Below, piece after piece: positions 1 through 8,960 of a DNA stretch of 20,668 nucleotides. Position numbers and translations under genes: made by a program. Numbering within the stretch: position 1 is the stretch's first letter; every line of letters starts with the position of its first letter. The notes below the pieces were generated by a model. That model was not told where the DNA came from, searched no databases, and saw only the letters and a list, made by a program, of their open reading frames with translations. Source of the stretch: Selaginella moellendorffii. Lineage: Eukaryota; Plantae; Lycopodiophyta. The stretch is from the NCBI RefSeq assembly GCF_000143415.4, contig NW_003314336.1, positions 1-20,668 of the forward strand, in the 5' to 3' direction.

Positions 1-843
1 ATGCCGTTTCGGTACGTAAGCAGATCCTGTATTAGTATCCGGACTCGGACTCGGACTCGGGCTCGAACTCGGACGCGGACTCGGTCTCGGTCCCGATTTC
101 GGACTTGGTCTCGGTCTCAGTCTCGGCCTCGGTCTCGGTCTCGGTTCCATCTCGGACTCAATCTCGGGTCCATCTCGGACTCCATCTTAGACTCCATCTC
201 GGGTCCATCTCGAACTCCATCTCGGGTCCATCTCGGGTACATCTCGGACTCCATCTCGAGTCCATCTCGGACTCCATCTCGGACTCCATCTCGGGTCCAT
301 CTTGGACTCCACCTCAGACTCCATCTTAGACTCCATCTCGGGTCCATCTCGGACTCCACCTCGGACTCCATCTCGGGTCCATCTCGGACTCCACCTCGGA
401 CTCCATCTCGGACTCCATCTTGGGTCCATCTTGGACTCCACCTCGGACTCCATCTCGGACTCTATCTCGGGTCCATCTCGGACTCCACCTCGGACTCCAT
501 CTCGGGTCCATCTCGGGTCCATCTCGGACTCCACTTCGGACTCCAACTCGGGTGCATCTCGGACTCCTCTTCGGACTCCAACTAGGGTCCATCTCAGACT
601 CCATCTCGGACACTTCCATGTGTCATGTGTTGGTCCTTTTGGGTTCCTTTTTGGAGCCTCGCTTATTGCTTGCCTCATGCTCGTTCCTTGAGCACTCCGT
701 TGGGAGTTCCACTCCCACTCTCAACCTTTCAAGTCGGAGCCTTTTTAGTCCAAATGTGTTACGCTCGTTTGGCTTTTGCTTTGGCCACTACCATGTGGCA
801 CCCTTTCAGCTCTACTTTGGGGCTTAGGGGTTTGTGTCTCACA
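1..843 (-). mobile_element. LTR type 2 (minus-strand start TGTGAGACACAAA), running off the window start and interrupting copy A integrase
   Basis: About 600-843 is homologous to about 4470-4724. Homology ends at the same base (...GTGTCTCACA on +, TG start on -). The integrase frame (REMGKM|) is cut exactly at 843/844. Confidence 0.75.
38..610. repeat. Tandem array inside the LTR: 6-bp units (GACTCG/GGTCTC) grading into 11-12-bp units (GACTCCATCTCG / GGTCCATCTCG)
   Basis: Directly visible periodicity. It explains the low-complexity ORFs (SRTP, DSIS, HLGL, MESE) in all frames. Confidence 0.95.
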
Positions 844-926
844 GCATCTTCCCCATCTCTCGAGGAAGTTGGAGAAGGTAAGCCACTTCACTGATTCGAG
901 CCTCAATCTCATAAAGCCCTGCGAAC

Positions 927-978
927 CTGCTTAAGGATCTCAAGATCAAATCATTTACAGGAATATATGCATTTTTAC
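927..978 (-). other. Predicted 52-nt GT-AG intron in the integrase C-terminal region, copy A
   Basis: CAA AG|GTAAAAATG...TTGAT...TAAGCAG|G TTC GCA. Removal gives KLTQR-FAGLYEIEARISEVAYLLQLP. Retention gives an immediate TAA. Confidence 0.8.
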
Positions 979-1396
979 CTTTGGGTCAACTTCCGGCTGA
1001 TCCCACTTGGTAGCCTGAGGTTCTTGGTGTTCAGCCACACCTTCTCCCTAGCTTGGAACTCTACATCCCGGCGCTTCTGGTTCGCATGCCTTATTTGCCT
1101 TTGTTGAGCCCGTTCCAAGGAATCCCTCACTAGATTCCAAATATTGAGTCTTTCCGCTGTGAATGCCTCCACTGCAGGTAACTCTTCATGATACTCGGCC
1201 ACGCCGAGTTCCACAGGACCTTCAATAGCTTGCCCATTGATGACTTCCCATGGACTCACCCCGATGCTCGAATGTGGTGAGTTGTTATAACACATTTCCA
1301 CAAGTCTCAAATGACTTACCCAATCGGTCTGGTCTCCCAAGACATAGCATCACAAATAATCCTCCAGCTGCCTATTCACCCTTTCCGTTTGTCCGT

Positions 1397-1443
1397 TTTT
1401 CAAGAAGTGTTAGTGCCATCAAACTTGACTTAATACCCATTAC
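1397..1443 (-). other. Predicted 47-nt intron in the integrase catalytic core, copy A (acceptor now AA, presumed decayed from AG)
   Basis: GAG ACA G|GTAATGGG...CACTAAC ACTTCTTGAAAA|AC GGA CAA ACG GAA AGG. Removal restores HPETDGQTERVN. The donor and the CACTAAC branch point match consensus. Confidence 0.7.
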
Positions 1444-2465
1444 CTGTCTCTGGGTGATAGGCTGTGCTAAATTTCAACTTGGTGCGATATTGTTCCAGGA
1501 GTGTCCTCCGGTGTTTCGTTGCCACATTATCCGTGTAAACCTTGAAGTGTCTCCCAAGGTAGTGTCGCCACTCCTTGAGCGCCTTGACCACCGCAAACAA
1601 TTCCTTCTCATGGGCAGGCCACTTCCGTTGAGCCTTGTCCAATTTCTTCAAGAAGAACGCTACTGGATGGTTGTTTTTCTTCAAAACTCCGCCCAATGCA
1701 AAGTCTGAAGCATCCGTTTCTACCTCAAAGTCCTTACCAAAGTCTGGTAATGCCAACACGGGAGCCTTCCTCAACTTCCCCTTGAGGTGGACGAATGCCG
1801 CCTCGCATTTTGCTGTCCATACCATCTTCTCTTTTCCTATTTGGTCCGTTAAGGGTAGGGCTACTCTCAAATAGTGTCTGATAAACTTTCGATAGTAGTT
1901 GCATAGCCCCAAGAATGCCCTTAACTTGTGTACATTTGATGATCACTCCCAATCTTGGATCGCTTGGACCTTCTTAGGGTCCACCTTGAGCCCGTCCTTG
2001 CCCACCACATGCCCGAGAAACTTTACCTCTTGCTGAGCAAAGTCACATTTGCTCTCTTTAGCATACAGCTGGTGTTCCCTTAGTTTCTCAAACACCTTCG
2101 TCAAGTGTTTGGCATGCTTCTCTAGCGTTTCGCTATAGATCAGGATGTCATCAATATAGACGACCACAAAGTGATCCAGATAGGGTATAAAGATATGGTT
2201 CATCAATGCCGAAAATGTTGCCGGCGCATTGCATAGCCCGAAGGGCATCACCAGAAACTCGAAGCTCCCATACCTCATTCGATAGGTTGTCTTCTCGACA
2301 TCTTCCTCTGCTACCCTGATCTGGTAGTATCCTGACCTTAGGTCAATCCTCGAGAAGTATTTTGCCTTTCCCAACCTATCGAACAGGTCCTTAATCCTTG
2401 GCAAAGGGTACTTGTTCTTCTTTGTATACTTGTTGAGCAACCTGTAGCCTATGCACATACGCATA

Positions 2466-2973
2466 GATCATGACCTAACGGCCCGGTATGGGCACCTCTA
2501 CCCCCCCACTTCCATCCCGAAGGAAGGCCCAAGCCCCTAGGAAGGGCGAGGACCAATGAGCCGCATGGTACTCAAGTGGGGCACCACTCCACATGAACTA
2601 GGAGCACCGCAGTCAGTTTCCCTTTCGAGAGTGGGAGTTGCTCTTGAGCACTTCCTGGGGTGGCCCCTCCGATACGACCCAAGTCTCTGCTCACTCCCAC
2701 CCAAGGCCCCTCAGCCTCAGACCTGATTTGGATCTCGGACTCTGTCTCGAACTTGGTCTCAGACTCTGTCTCGAAATTGGTCTCGAACTCGGTCTCAAAC
2801 TTGGTCTCCAATTCAGCCTCGGACTCGATCCTGGACTCTATCTCGAACTCAGTCTCAGAGTCGGTCTTGGACTCGATCTTCGACTCGGTCCCATCCGATG
2901 AACTCTTTGTCATTTTGGTCATGCTTTCGAAGATCCTTTAACCTACAACATCTTGGAGAGTTGGTTCCTTACA
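2466..2973 (-). mobile_element. LTR type 1, truncated (minus-strand start TGTAAGGAACC) and fused directly to the RT of copy A
   Basis: Collinear with about 7914-8434. Homology ends at ...TTACA (2973 and 8434). It lacks the block at about 8175-8310 and has a longer 6-bp repeat tract (about 2730-2890). Confidence 0.85.
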
Positions 2974-3173
2974 CCAACATCCATAGAATATGTCTACGGG
3001 TTTGGGATCCCCCTCAAGGAGTTGGACATAGCTCCCTATGCTTGATCGACCAAGGTAAACCTATGCTAATTAGCTTACTTTCAGCACGCTTTTGAATCCT
3101 AACATATAATATTGCTCAATTTCACAAATGGGATACTTTAATTAAACTTTGCATAAGTACATAGAGTTTTATT

Positions 3174-3573
3174 TTACAAAAATTCCTCCACTAGATTTTG
3201 CACATTTATTAAGTTTTTCTTTGATTCCCATGTTACTTTGCAGTGTGGAAATCCTTTCCACTTCATAGGGAACTCCCTCACCTAATATCCTTATCACTTG
3301 CTTTTATGCGTATTGAGGATGGCTTTAACCTCATATTCCTCTTCCCCTTGAATAACCTTGGGTAAAGGTCTTACTTAGTCCTTGTGAAGTGGATTCTCAA
3401 AATATGACTTGAGTAAGTTCACGTGGAACACAGAGTGTGTCTTTCCCATCTCCCAAGGCATTTAGAGGCAGTAAGCCAATTTACCAATTCAAGCCTCAAT
3501 CTCATAAGGCCCTACAAATCTGCTTAAGGGACTCAAGATCAATTCATTTCTAAGAACATATGCATTTTACTTT
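3174..3573 (-). pseudogene. Integrase C-terminus (GPY/F) and chromodomain, copy B
   Basis: Manual translation gives FVGPYEIEA*IGKLAYCL*MPWEMGKTHSVFHVNLLKSY...GEEEYEVKAIL...REFPMKWKGFPHCKVTWE, a classical chromodomain pattern. Confidence 0.9.
3520..3570 (-). other. Predicted 51-nt GT-AG intron, counterpart of 927-978
   Basis: CAA AA|GTAAAATGC...TTGAT...TAAGCAG|A TTT GTA GGG CCT TAT. It is at the same position with the same in-frame TAA. By hand alignment it has 7 mismatches and 1 indel versus copy A. Confidence 0.75.
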
Positions 3574-3574
3574 T

Positions 3575-4724
3575 GTCCATCCATAGCTGTGCTCCCCAAC
3601 ACCGCCACTAGGTTAAGGCCCAAAGGCCCGACCACTAAAACACATTGACTTTTGGGACTTCTTCATCATATGACTGTATCCTTGATCATTATACTAAAAG
3701 ACTATTCCTCTTCTTTTCCATATTTTAGAATTTTGGGATGACATTTCAAAACACTATGGCTCTATACAGGTCTCGTGGGTACTCTCCCCATTTTTCACCC
3801 TTAGGTGCACTAGCCATGTGGCTAAAGCAAGGTTCTGACTAGCCATGCAAGGTATCTAAGTAGGTAGTGCCACTTAGACTTGCATTGGGAGCATCAACCA
3901 TTCAATCTCCCAAGGGCACTAGAGCTAGTTTTTGAACATTTTACCAAGCTACCCCACTTGTCTATTTATATTCACTTTAGCCTTAGACTGTTTAGTGAAT
4001 ATATTATCACCTAACATATGGGTATAGCCTTCTTTAGTCACACTGGCCTTTTTTGGCCAAACTAGCTCCACGAGAGTCTTCCCCCTACTATAGTTTTGGA
4101 GCTTACCAAACCCCCTAGGGTCTGGGAGACAATCGCTTTGGGCTTTCACACTTGAACTTGGACTTAGACATGGACTTGGACTCAGACTAGGACTCAAACT
4201 TAGACTCAGTCTTGGTCTCGGTCTTGGTCTCGGCCTCGATCTTAGACTCCATCTCAGATCCATCTCAAACTCGACCTCAGACCCCATCTCAAGTCCATCT
4301 CTAACTCCATCTCAAGTCCATCTTGGACTCCATCTCGGGTCTATCTCGGACTCCATCTCGGGTCCATCTCAGACTCCATCTTGAACTGCATCTTGGACTC
4401 CGTATTAGACTCTATCTTGGACTCCTTCTCGAACTCCACCTTAGACTCCTTCTTGAGTCCCATCTTAAACTCATTTTTGACACTTCCATGTGTCACGACA
4501 CTTGCCATGTTTTAGTCCTTCTTGTGTCCCTTTTTAGAGACTCATTCACTGATTGCTTTGTTCTCATTTCTTGGACATTTTGTTCAGAGTGCTATTCCCA
4601 CTCTTGACTTTCCAAGTTAGAGCTTTTGGTCTAAACATATTACACTTGTTGGACTTTTACTTTAACCATTACCATATGGCATCTTTTTGGCTCCACTTTG
4701 AGACTTAGGGATTTGTGTCTCACA
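3575..4724 (-). mobile_element. LTR type 2 (solo or partial) replacing the central part of copy B integrase
   Basis: Starts TGTGAGACACAAA at 4724, immediately after the codons for LKFNT. It carries the decayed 12-bp array and shares blocks with LTR type 1 (ATCGCTTTGGGCTTTCAC at about 4132 and about 8278). No TSD is visible and the left boundary is approximate. Confidence 0.7.
4150..4480. repeat. Decayed copy of the 6/12-bp LTR tandem array
   Basis: GACTCCATCTYR units with the CpGs largely converted to TG/CA. Confidence 0.9.
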
Positions 4725-5591
4725 TTGTGTTGAATTTTAACTAGGTGCGATATTGCTTTAGGAGAGTTCTCTAGAACCTACTGATGAAGATCTTATCTCA
4801 ATTTGAGATAATTTTTTCTGGCATTCCCCACACTTGAACCAGTTGTTCAAAGAATAGATTCGCCATGCCTTTCACATCCACTTCTGTTGTGGTGGGTATA
4901 AAATGTGCCATTTTTGAAACTAGTCCACCACCACAAATATTGAATCAAACCCTTCACTTGGGAGGAGTCCCATGATAAAGTCCATTGTAAGATATTTCCA
5001 TAGATGATTTTGATTTTCAAGGCTTTGTAACAAGCCCCCACTAGCCTTAGTCACAGCTTTCACCTACTGACATATTGGATATGTCTTTACATAGTCTTGG
5101 ACATCCTTGGCCATATCTGGCCAATGATTTTTTCTCTTGAGTAAACCCATCATCTTGGGCACTTCACCATGTCCTATAAAAAGTTTATCATGACACTTTT
5201 TTAAGACTACTTTCCTTAGTTCTCCTTGTGGAACATGCACCTTTGTCTATTTATAATTAATGAGTCCATTGTGTTCCATATAACCTATTTTTTCTTCCAT
5301 AGGTGGCTCGCCTCTTTAGTGAGCTTTCCGTGCCTCTTAGTTCCTTAGCAACACTTTTTATGCTAGACCATCATTCTCATACACTATTTGCACATCATCC
5401 CAAAAGGTTACTGTGGCACTGAATATTGCTAACTTCAAGCTTGCTTTTTGACATAGAGCATTTGGCACAATGTTGCTCTTTCCAAGTTTATATAGAATCT
5501 TGCAATCGAACGTAGCCAAAGCATTGGCCCATTGACCCTATTTTCCTCATAGGTCCAGCTGTGATAAGAAGTGTTTCATTGCCACATTATT
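4725..5591 (-). pseudogene. pol: RNase H end plus integrase zinc finger and proximal core, copy B
   Basis: NNVAMKHFLSQ...FDCKILYKLGKSNIVPNAL, then HDKLFIGH...WPDMAKDVQDYVKTYPICQ (HHCC), WKYLTMDFIMGL, IFVVVD*F..MAHFIP and GMPEKIISN*D. Confidence 0.9.
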
Positions 5592-7473
5592 TGGCACCAG
5601 CTCAATTTTATGTTCTATCAATCGTGTGGGGGGTAACCCTGCTAGTAGCTCCTCTAGCATGGTATCTTGAAATTGGTGTAACACTTGTTAGATCACTAAA
5701 GTTACTTCTTTTGTTCTTATCTTTTTCACTCCCCACTAAAAGTAAACACAAAAATGCTACTTTTGTTCCAATAGTGAGTTGTCCTTTTGTGAACACTAGG
5801 TTCAAGTAGGAGTCTTTGGCCTTAGATTGCCCTACCTTTAGATCCTGGGCCTCCATCTTAGATCGTTTTGCCCATGCATTCACCAGTACCACTAGGTTCC
5901 TACCTTGTGCATGTAGGACTACCACAAATTTATTGAACCAATCCATCCAAAGTCAAATCTTGCCATGTCCAACATGGTGAAATCCATGTGTACTTTCCAT
6001 ATCCCTACTTCGACTCTTGCTTGTCAAAGTACCTCATCAATGCTTTGGCTACCTTGAACAAACTCTGTAGTCCTTGGTTCACCCAACTGGCACATTGTTA
6101 GTCTGACTTGCCGGATTATGTTTGCAGCCACAAAATTATCTGAACCACCTGTATAAATAAGGATATTAACAAAACTACCTCCAACCTTCCTTTAGAGGGC
6201 TAGTAGATGTCATGAATGACTCTTTACCAAAGTTGCTTGTGTAATAAATAACTTAAACTAGGGACTAGATCACATACCTTAGTTTGGATTTCACTCGACT
6301 TAATGGCCATATTGACTTTGGCCTTCTTTGGGTAGGGACATTCTCTCAAAAATTGTTTTGCTTCATTGCAATTGAAGCATACATTGTTTCCCATGCTAGT
6401 AGCAGACTTGGCCTTTTTATCAGTAGGTTTATCCCTTTTTGCTTGACTCCCCCACGTACTTGTTTATTGGCCACCGGATCTACCTTTTCAAAACCCTAAG
6501 GACTCATTCTTAGAGAAAATCTTCCTAAATTTCCCTTTGCTATATGTCCCCCTTGGTTTGCTTCCTTTGCTAAACATGGACCCTGACACTGTTGTGTTCC
6601 ATTCTCGCAAGTTATCATTTAAATACACCTTAATAATTGTATCCAATACTTCCTTATAGTTGGTTTGGTTCCAACGCATCACTTGCCTTGAGCCCAGATC
6701 TGTAACCCTGATATGAAGGCATGGAATACATCTATATTGACCATATCCGTGACAAGAATCCTCTCCGCCATGAATGCATTCACATACTCTTGAATAGTTC
6801 TTGTCTATTTTAGCCTACTTAGCTCATCCCTTAGGTGTAGAGTAGCATTTGAAAGAACATAAATTGCATAGATCTTTGTCTTTATCATTTCTCAAGTGGC
6901 CAATAGTCCTTCATTAACCTCTATTGTTCTCCACCAAGACTTAGCATTATCTGCCAAGTATGGTTTTTGCATATAGGACCTTTTCTGAGCTCGATAATCG
7001 CAACACTCGGAATAATCTTCCATATTATTAAACCAATCCTCCATCACCTTATAATCATTCACTCCTTTAAAGATCGGTGGGGGCTTTGGTTTGTACTTGG
7101 GAATTGCTTGAGGGATTGATTCCACTTTGGTTTGTTCACCCTTTTTTGATTCTACCTCAATCCCTGCCAAAGGGTCCACGTCTTCTGCACTACTAACATC
7201 TATAATCTTTTGCTTTTGCTTCCACTTCTCGTCATGCTTTAGCTTGCGTATAAGGGTTTTCAACATGGCATTAGTCTATGCCAATTGTCCTTCTAGAATG
7301 TTCAATTGAGCATTAGATGATCGAACCTCACCACTAGACTCCTGTTTGGAAGTTTCCTCACTAAAGTCCTCCTTATATAAGTTCTCATCCATAGCTTTTT
7401 GTTTAACTAGAAGCTCTAGCTCTGGAAGAGGTTTCGTCTCTACTTTAGTTCTATTATGCCTTGCCTTAGCCAT
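5592..7473 (-). pseudogene. gag: gag and aspartic protease, copy B
   Basis: ATG at 7473 just after the PBS. Gag motifs PPIFKG...EDWF and YLADNAKSWW. Zinc knuckle CFNCNEAKQFLREC (6379-6338, H to Q). Protease LIYTGGSDNFV (D to Y, about 6150) and MDWF. The linker LPPTRLIEHKIELVP ends at the deletion near 5591. Confidence 0.9.
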
Positions 7474-7516
7474 CTCTCAATAATCCACCTTTATCCTTTG
7501 CTAGAATTGAGGAAAA

Positions 7517-7529
7517 GGCTCTGATACCA
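7517..7529 (-). promoter_or_regulatory. Primer binding site complementary to the 3' end of tRNA-iMet
   Basis: TGGTATCAGAGCC on the minus strand, 3 nt after the LTR end ...TTACA. Confidence 0.95.
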
Positions 7530-7532
7530 AAT

Positions 7533-8434
7533 TGTAAGCCATAAATTTTTCCTTTCCAATTTGCCAGTTTACCTTGTCTATTCGACCACCATTGCCTTGG
7601 TTTTAGCTAAGTTCCCTTGCTAAGGTTCTTACGTATCATACCAACTCCTACTTGGTCCTACTTGGTTTCAATTACTCACTATATGAACAATAGAGTGTTA
7701 GCCATCCATCCATAGATTTCTAATTTCTCTCCCAATACCCCTCCCCAGGTTAGACTGGACTTAAGGTTCAGCTACACTTCCCGCAAACACAAGCAACCAA
7801 GCACACCATGCCTTTAGATTTCTAACATCCCTTGGTACAACAAGACTTGATTATGGGATCCTTTAAATCCCAAGCTTTGGGTGCATCACTTACTTCAAAA
7901 CCCATAGGGAAACATCATGGCCTAATGGCCAAGTATGGGTACCCCAACTCCCCTACTTCCATCCTAGAGGGAAGGCCTAAGCCCCTAGAAAGGAGGGAGG
8001 ACCAATGAACCACTAGATACTCAACTGGGGCACCACTCCACATGAATTGGGAGCATTACTATTAGTTTCCCTTTTGGGAGTGGGAGTTGCTTTTAAGCAC
8101 TTCAATGGGTGGCCCCTCTAACACCACCTGAGTCCATACTCCCACCCAAGGCCCTTAACCTCAAGTCAGTTTGGAAGCACTACTAGAGAGTTCCTTCAAA
8201 ACTGGTTTTTGAACCTCACTATCCTTACTATACTTTTGGAACCCCCTACAACCCTCGCCCACCACCCCTATGGGACGATCGCTTTGGGCTTTCACCCCAC
8301 AACCTGTATTAATATTCAGACTCAATCTCAAAGTTGGTTTTGGACTTGGTCTCATCTAATGAAATCTTTATCATTTCGGTCGTGGTTTTAGGAATCCTTT
8401 AGCCTACAACACTTTGGGGACCTGGTTCTTTACA
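7533..8434 (-). mobile_element. 5' LTR (type 1) of copy B, 902 bp
   Basis: TGTAA...TTACA terminal inverted repeat, adjacent PBS, and homology to 2466-2973. Confidence 0.9.
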
Positions 8435-8875
8435 ACTAGGTCTTTATCTTCACTATCCCTACTATACCTTTGAAACCCCCTTTGTTTGATGATGATTTAG
8501 TAATGTTGGACTTGCTTTACCAAATGGTGTTGTGGAGGATAATATTGCTATACTTATATGGTTTTTTCATGTTAGTGCATTTAATTTGTAGTGTTGGATT
8601 GCATTGAGTCTTGGACATAGTGGTTCACTCATTGATGATGTGACATTTGTAGCTGAGTATTACTGAAGGCTTGGTCTCAAATACTACGTAAGGTATCTTT
8701 GATCTTGATTAGTTTGGTAGCTAAAGAATAGTGAGTGGTGTTTGCTCTTGCTTTTTTCTAATTTTGTGTTGGTGTTGATGGCATTAGAATGATGCCTTGT
8801 ATTAACATTATTGAAGTTGAGATTAGAAAGAGATGAGATATTTTCTCTATAGATATAGTATAAATAAAACTATCA

Positions 8876-8960
8876 TTCTACTTTAGTCACTTATCCATGC
8901 CTTTGGCAATTTGAAGGAGTCTCACTCATAACCTATATAAGTCCCTATTATGACTTGGGG
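8876..8960 (+). repeat. Dispersed direct repeat, copy 1 (copy 2 at about 11468-11553)
   Basis: Shared TACTTTAGTCACTTA...TCACTCAYAACCT..ATAAGTCC...GACTTGGG. Confidence 0.75.

Larger units (their letters stand above)
844..2464 (-). pseudogene. pol: Ty3/gypsy pol remnant, copy A: RT (2464-1943), RNase H (about 1940-1511), distal integrase (about 1510-844)
   Basis: RT motifs MRMCIxYRxLN, [31 protein letters not shown]. RNase H motifs VETDASDFALGGVL, EKELFAVV, YTDN. Integrase motifs LKFSTAYHPET/DGQTERVN, YNNSPHSSIGVSP, KVWLNTKN, F.G.YEI. There is a premature TGA at 1943 and an in-frame deletion at about 1510 joining DNVATKH to TLLEQYRT. Confidence 0.95.
2974..8434 (-). mobile_element. Degenerate Ty3/gypsy chromovirus-type LTR retrotransposon, copy B (RT deleted)
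   Basis: Minus-strand order: LTR, PBS, gag, protease, [deletion], RNase H end, integrase, [LTR type 2], GPY, chromodomain. It has many stops and is CpG-depleted. Confidence 0.9.

Noticed and set aside
38-610. CRISPR-like or telomeric array
   Set aside because: The units are contiguous with no unique spacers and no telomere motif, and the context is a eukaryotic LTR.
844-862. Polypurine tract (GAGAGATGGGGAAGA) before the LTR at 843
   Set aside because: It is integrase coding sequence (REMGK) and continues into HSVFHV in copy B, so this is not a normal PPT/3' LTR junction.
1-894. Overlapping ORFs with RS-, SRTP- and MESE-rich translations (SR-protein-like)
   Set aside because: They are by-products of the stop-poor 6/12-bp tandem array in an LTR. 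The same applies to ORFs at 2572-2941 and 3949-4607.
1505-1515. In-frame RNase H-integrase fusion as a splicing product
   Set aside because: Judged from copy B, the missing segment begins TTC, not GT, so an ordinary deletion is more likely. The RT deletion near 5591 cannot be shown to be spliced either.
1250-1874. Plus-strand ORFs of 152 and 79 aa as antisense genes
   Set aside because: They are shadows of pol with no recognisable motifs, and the longer one spans a deletion junction.
2974-3175. Further introns or exons after the chromodomain
   Set aside because: GT/AG-like motifs exist, but there is no conserved reading frame to test them against.
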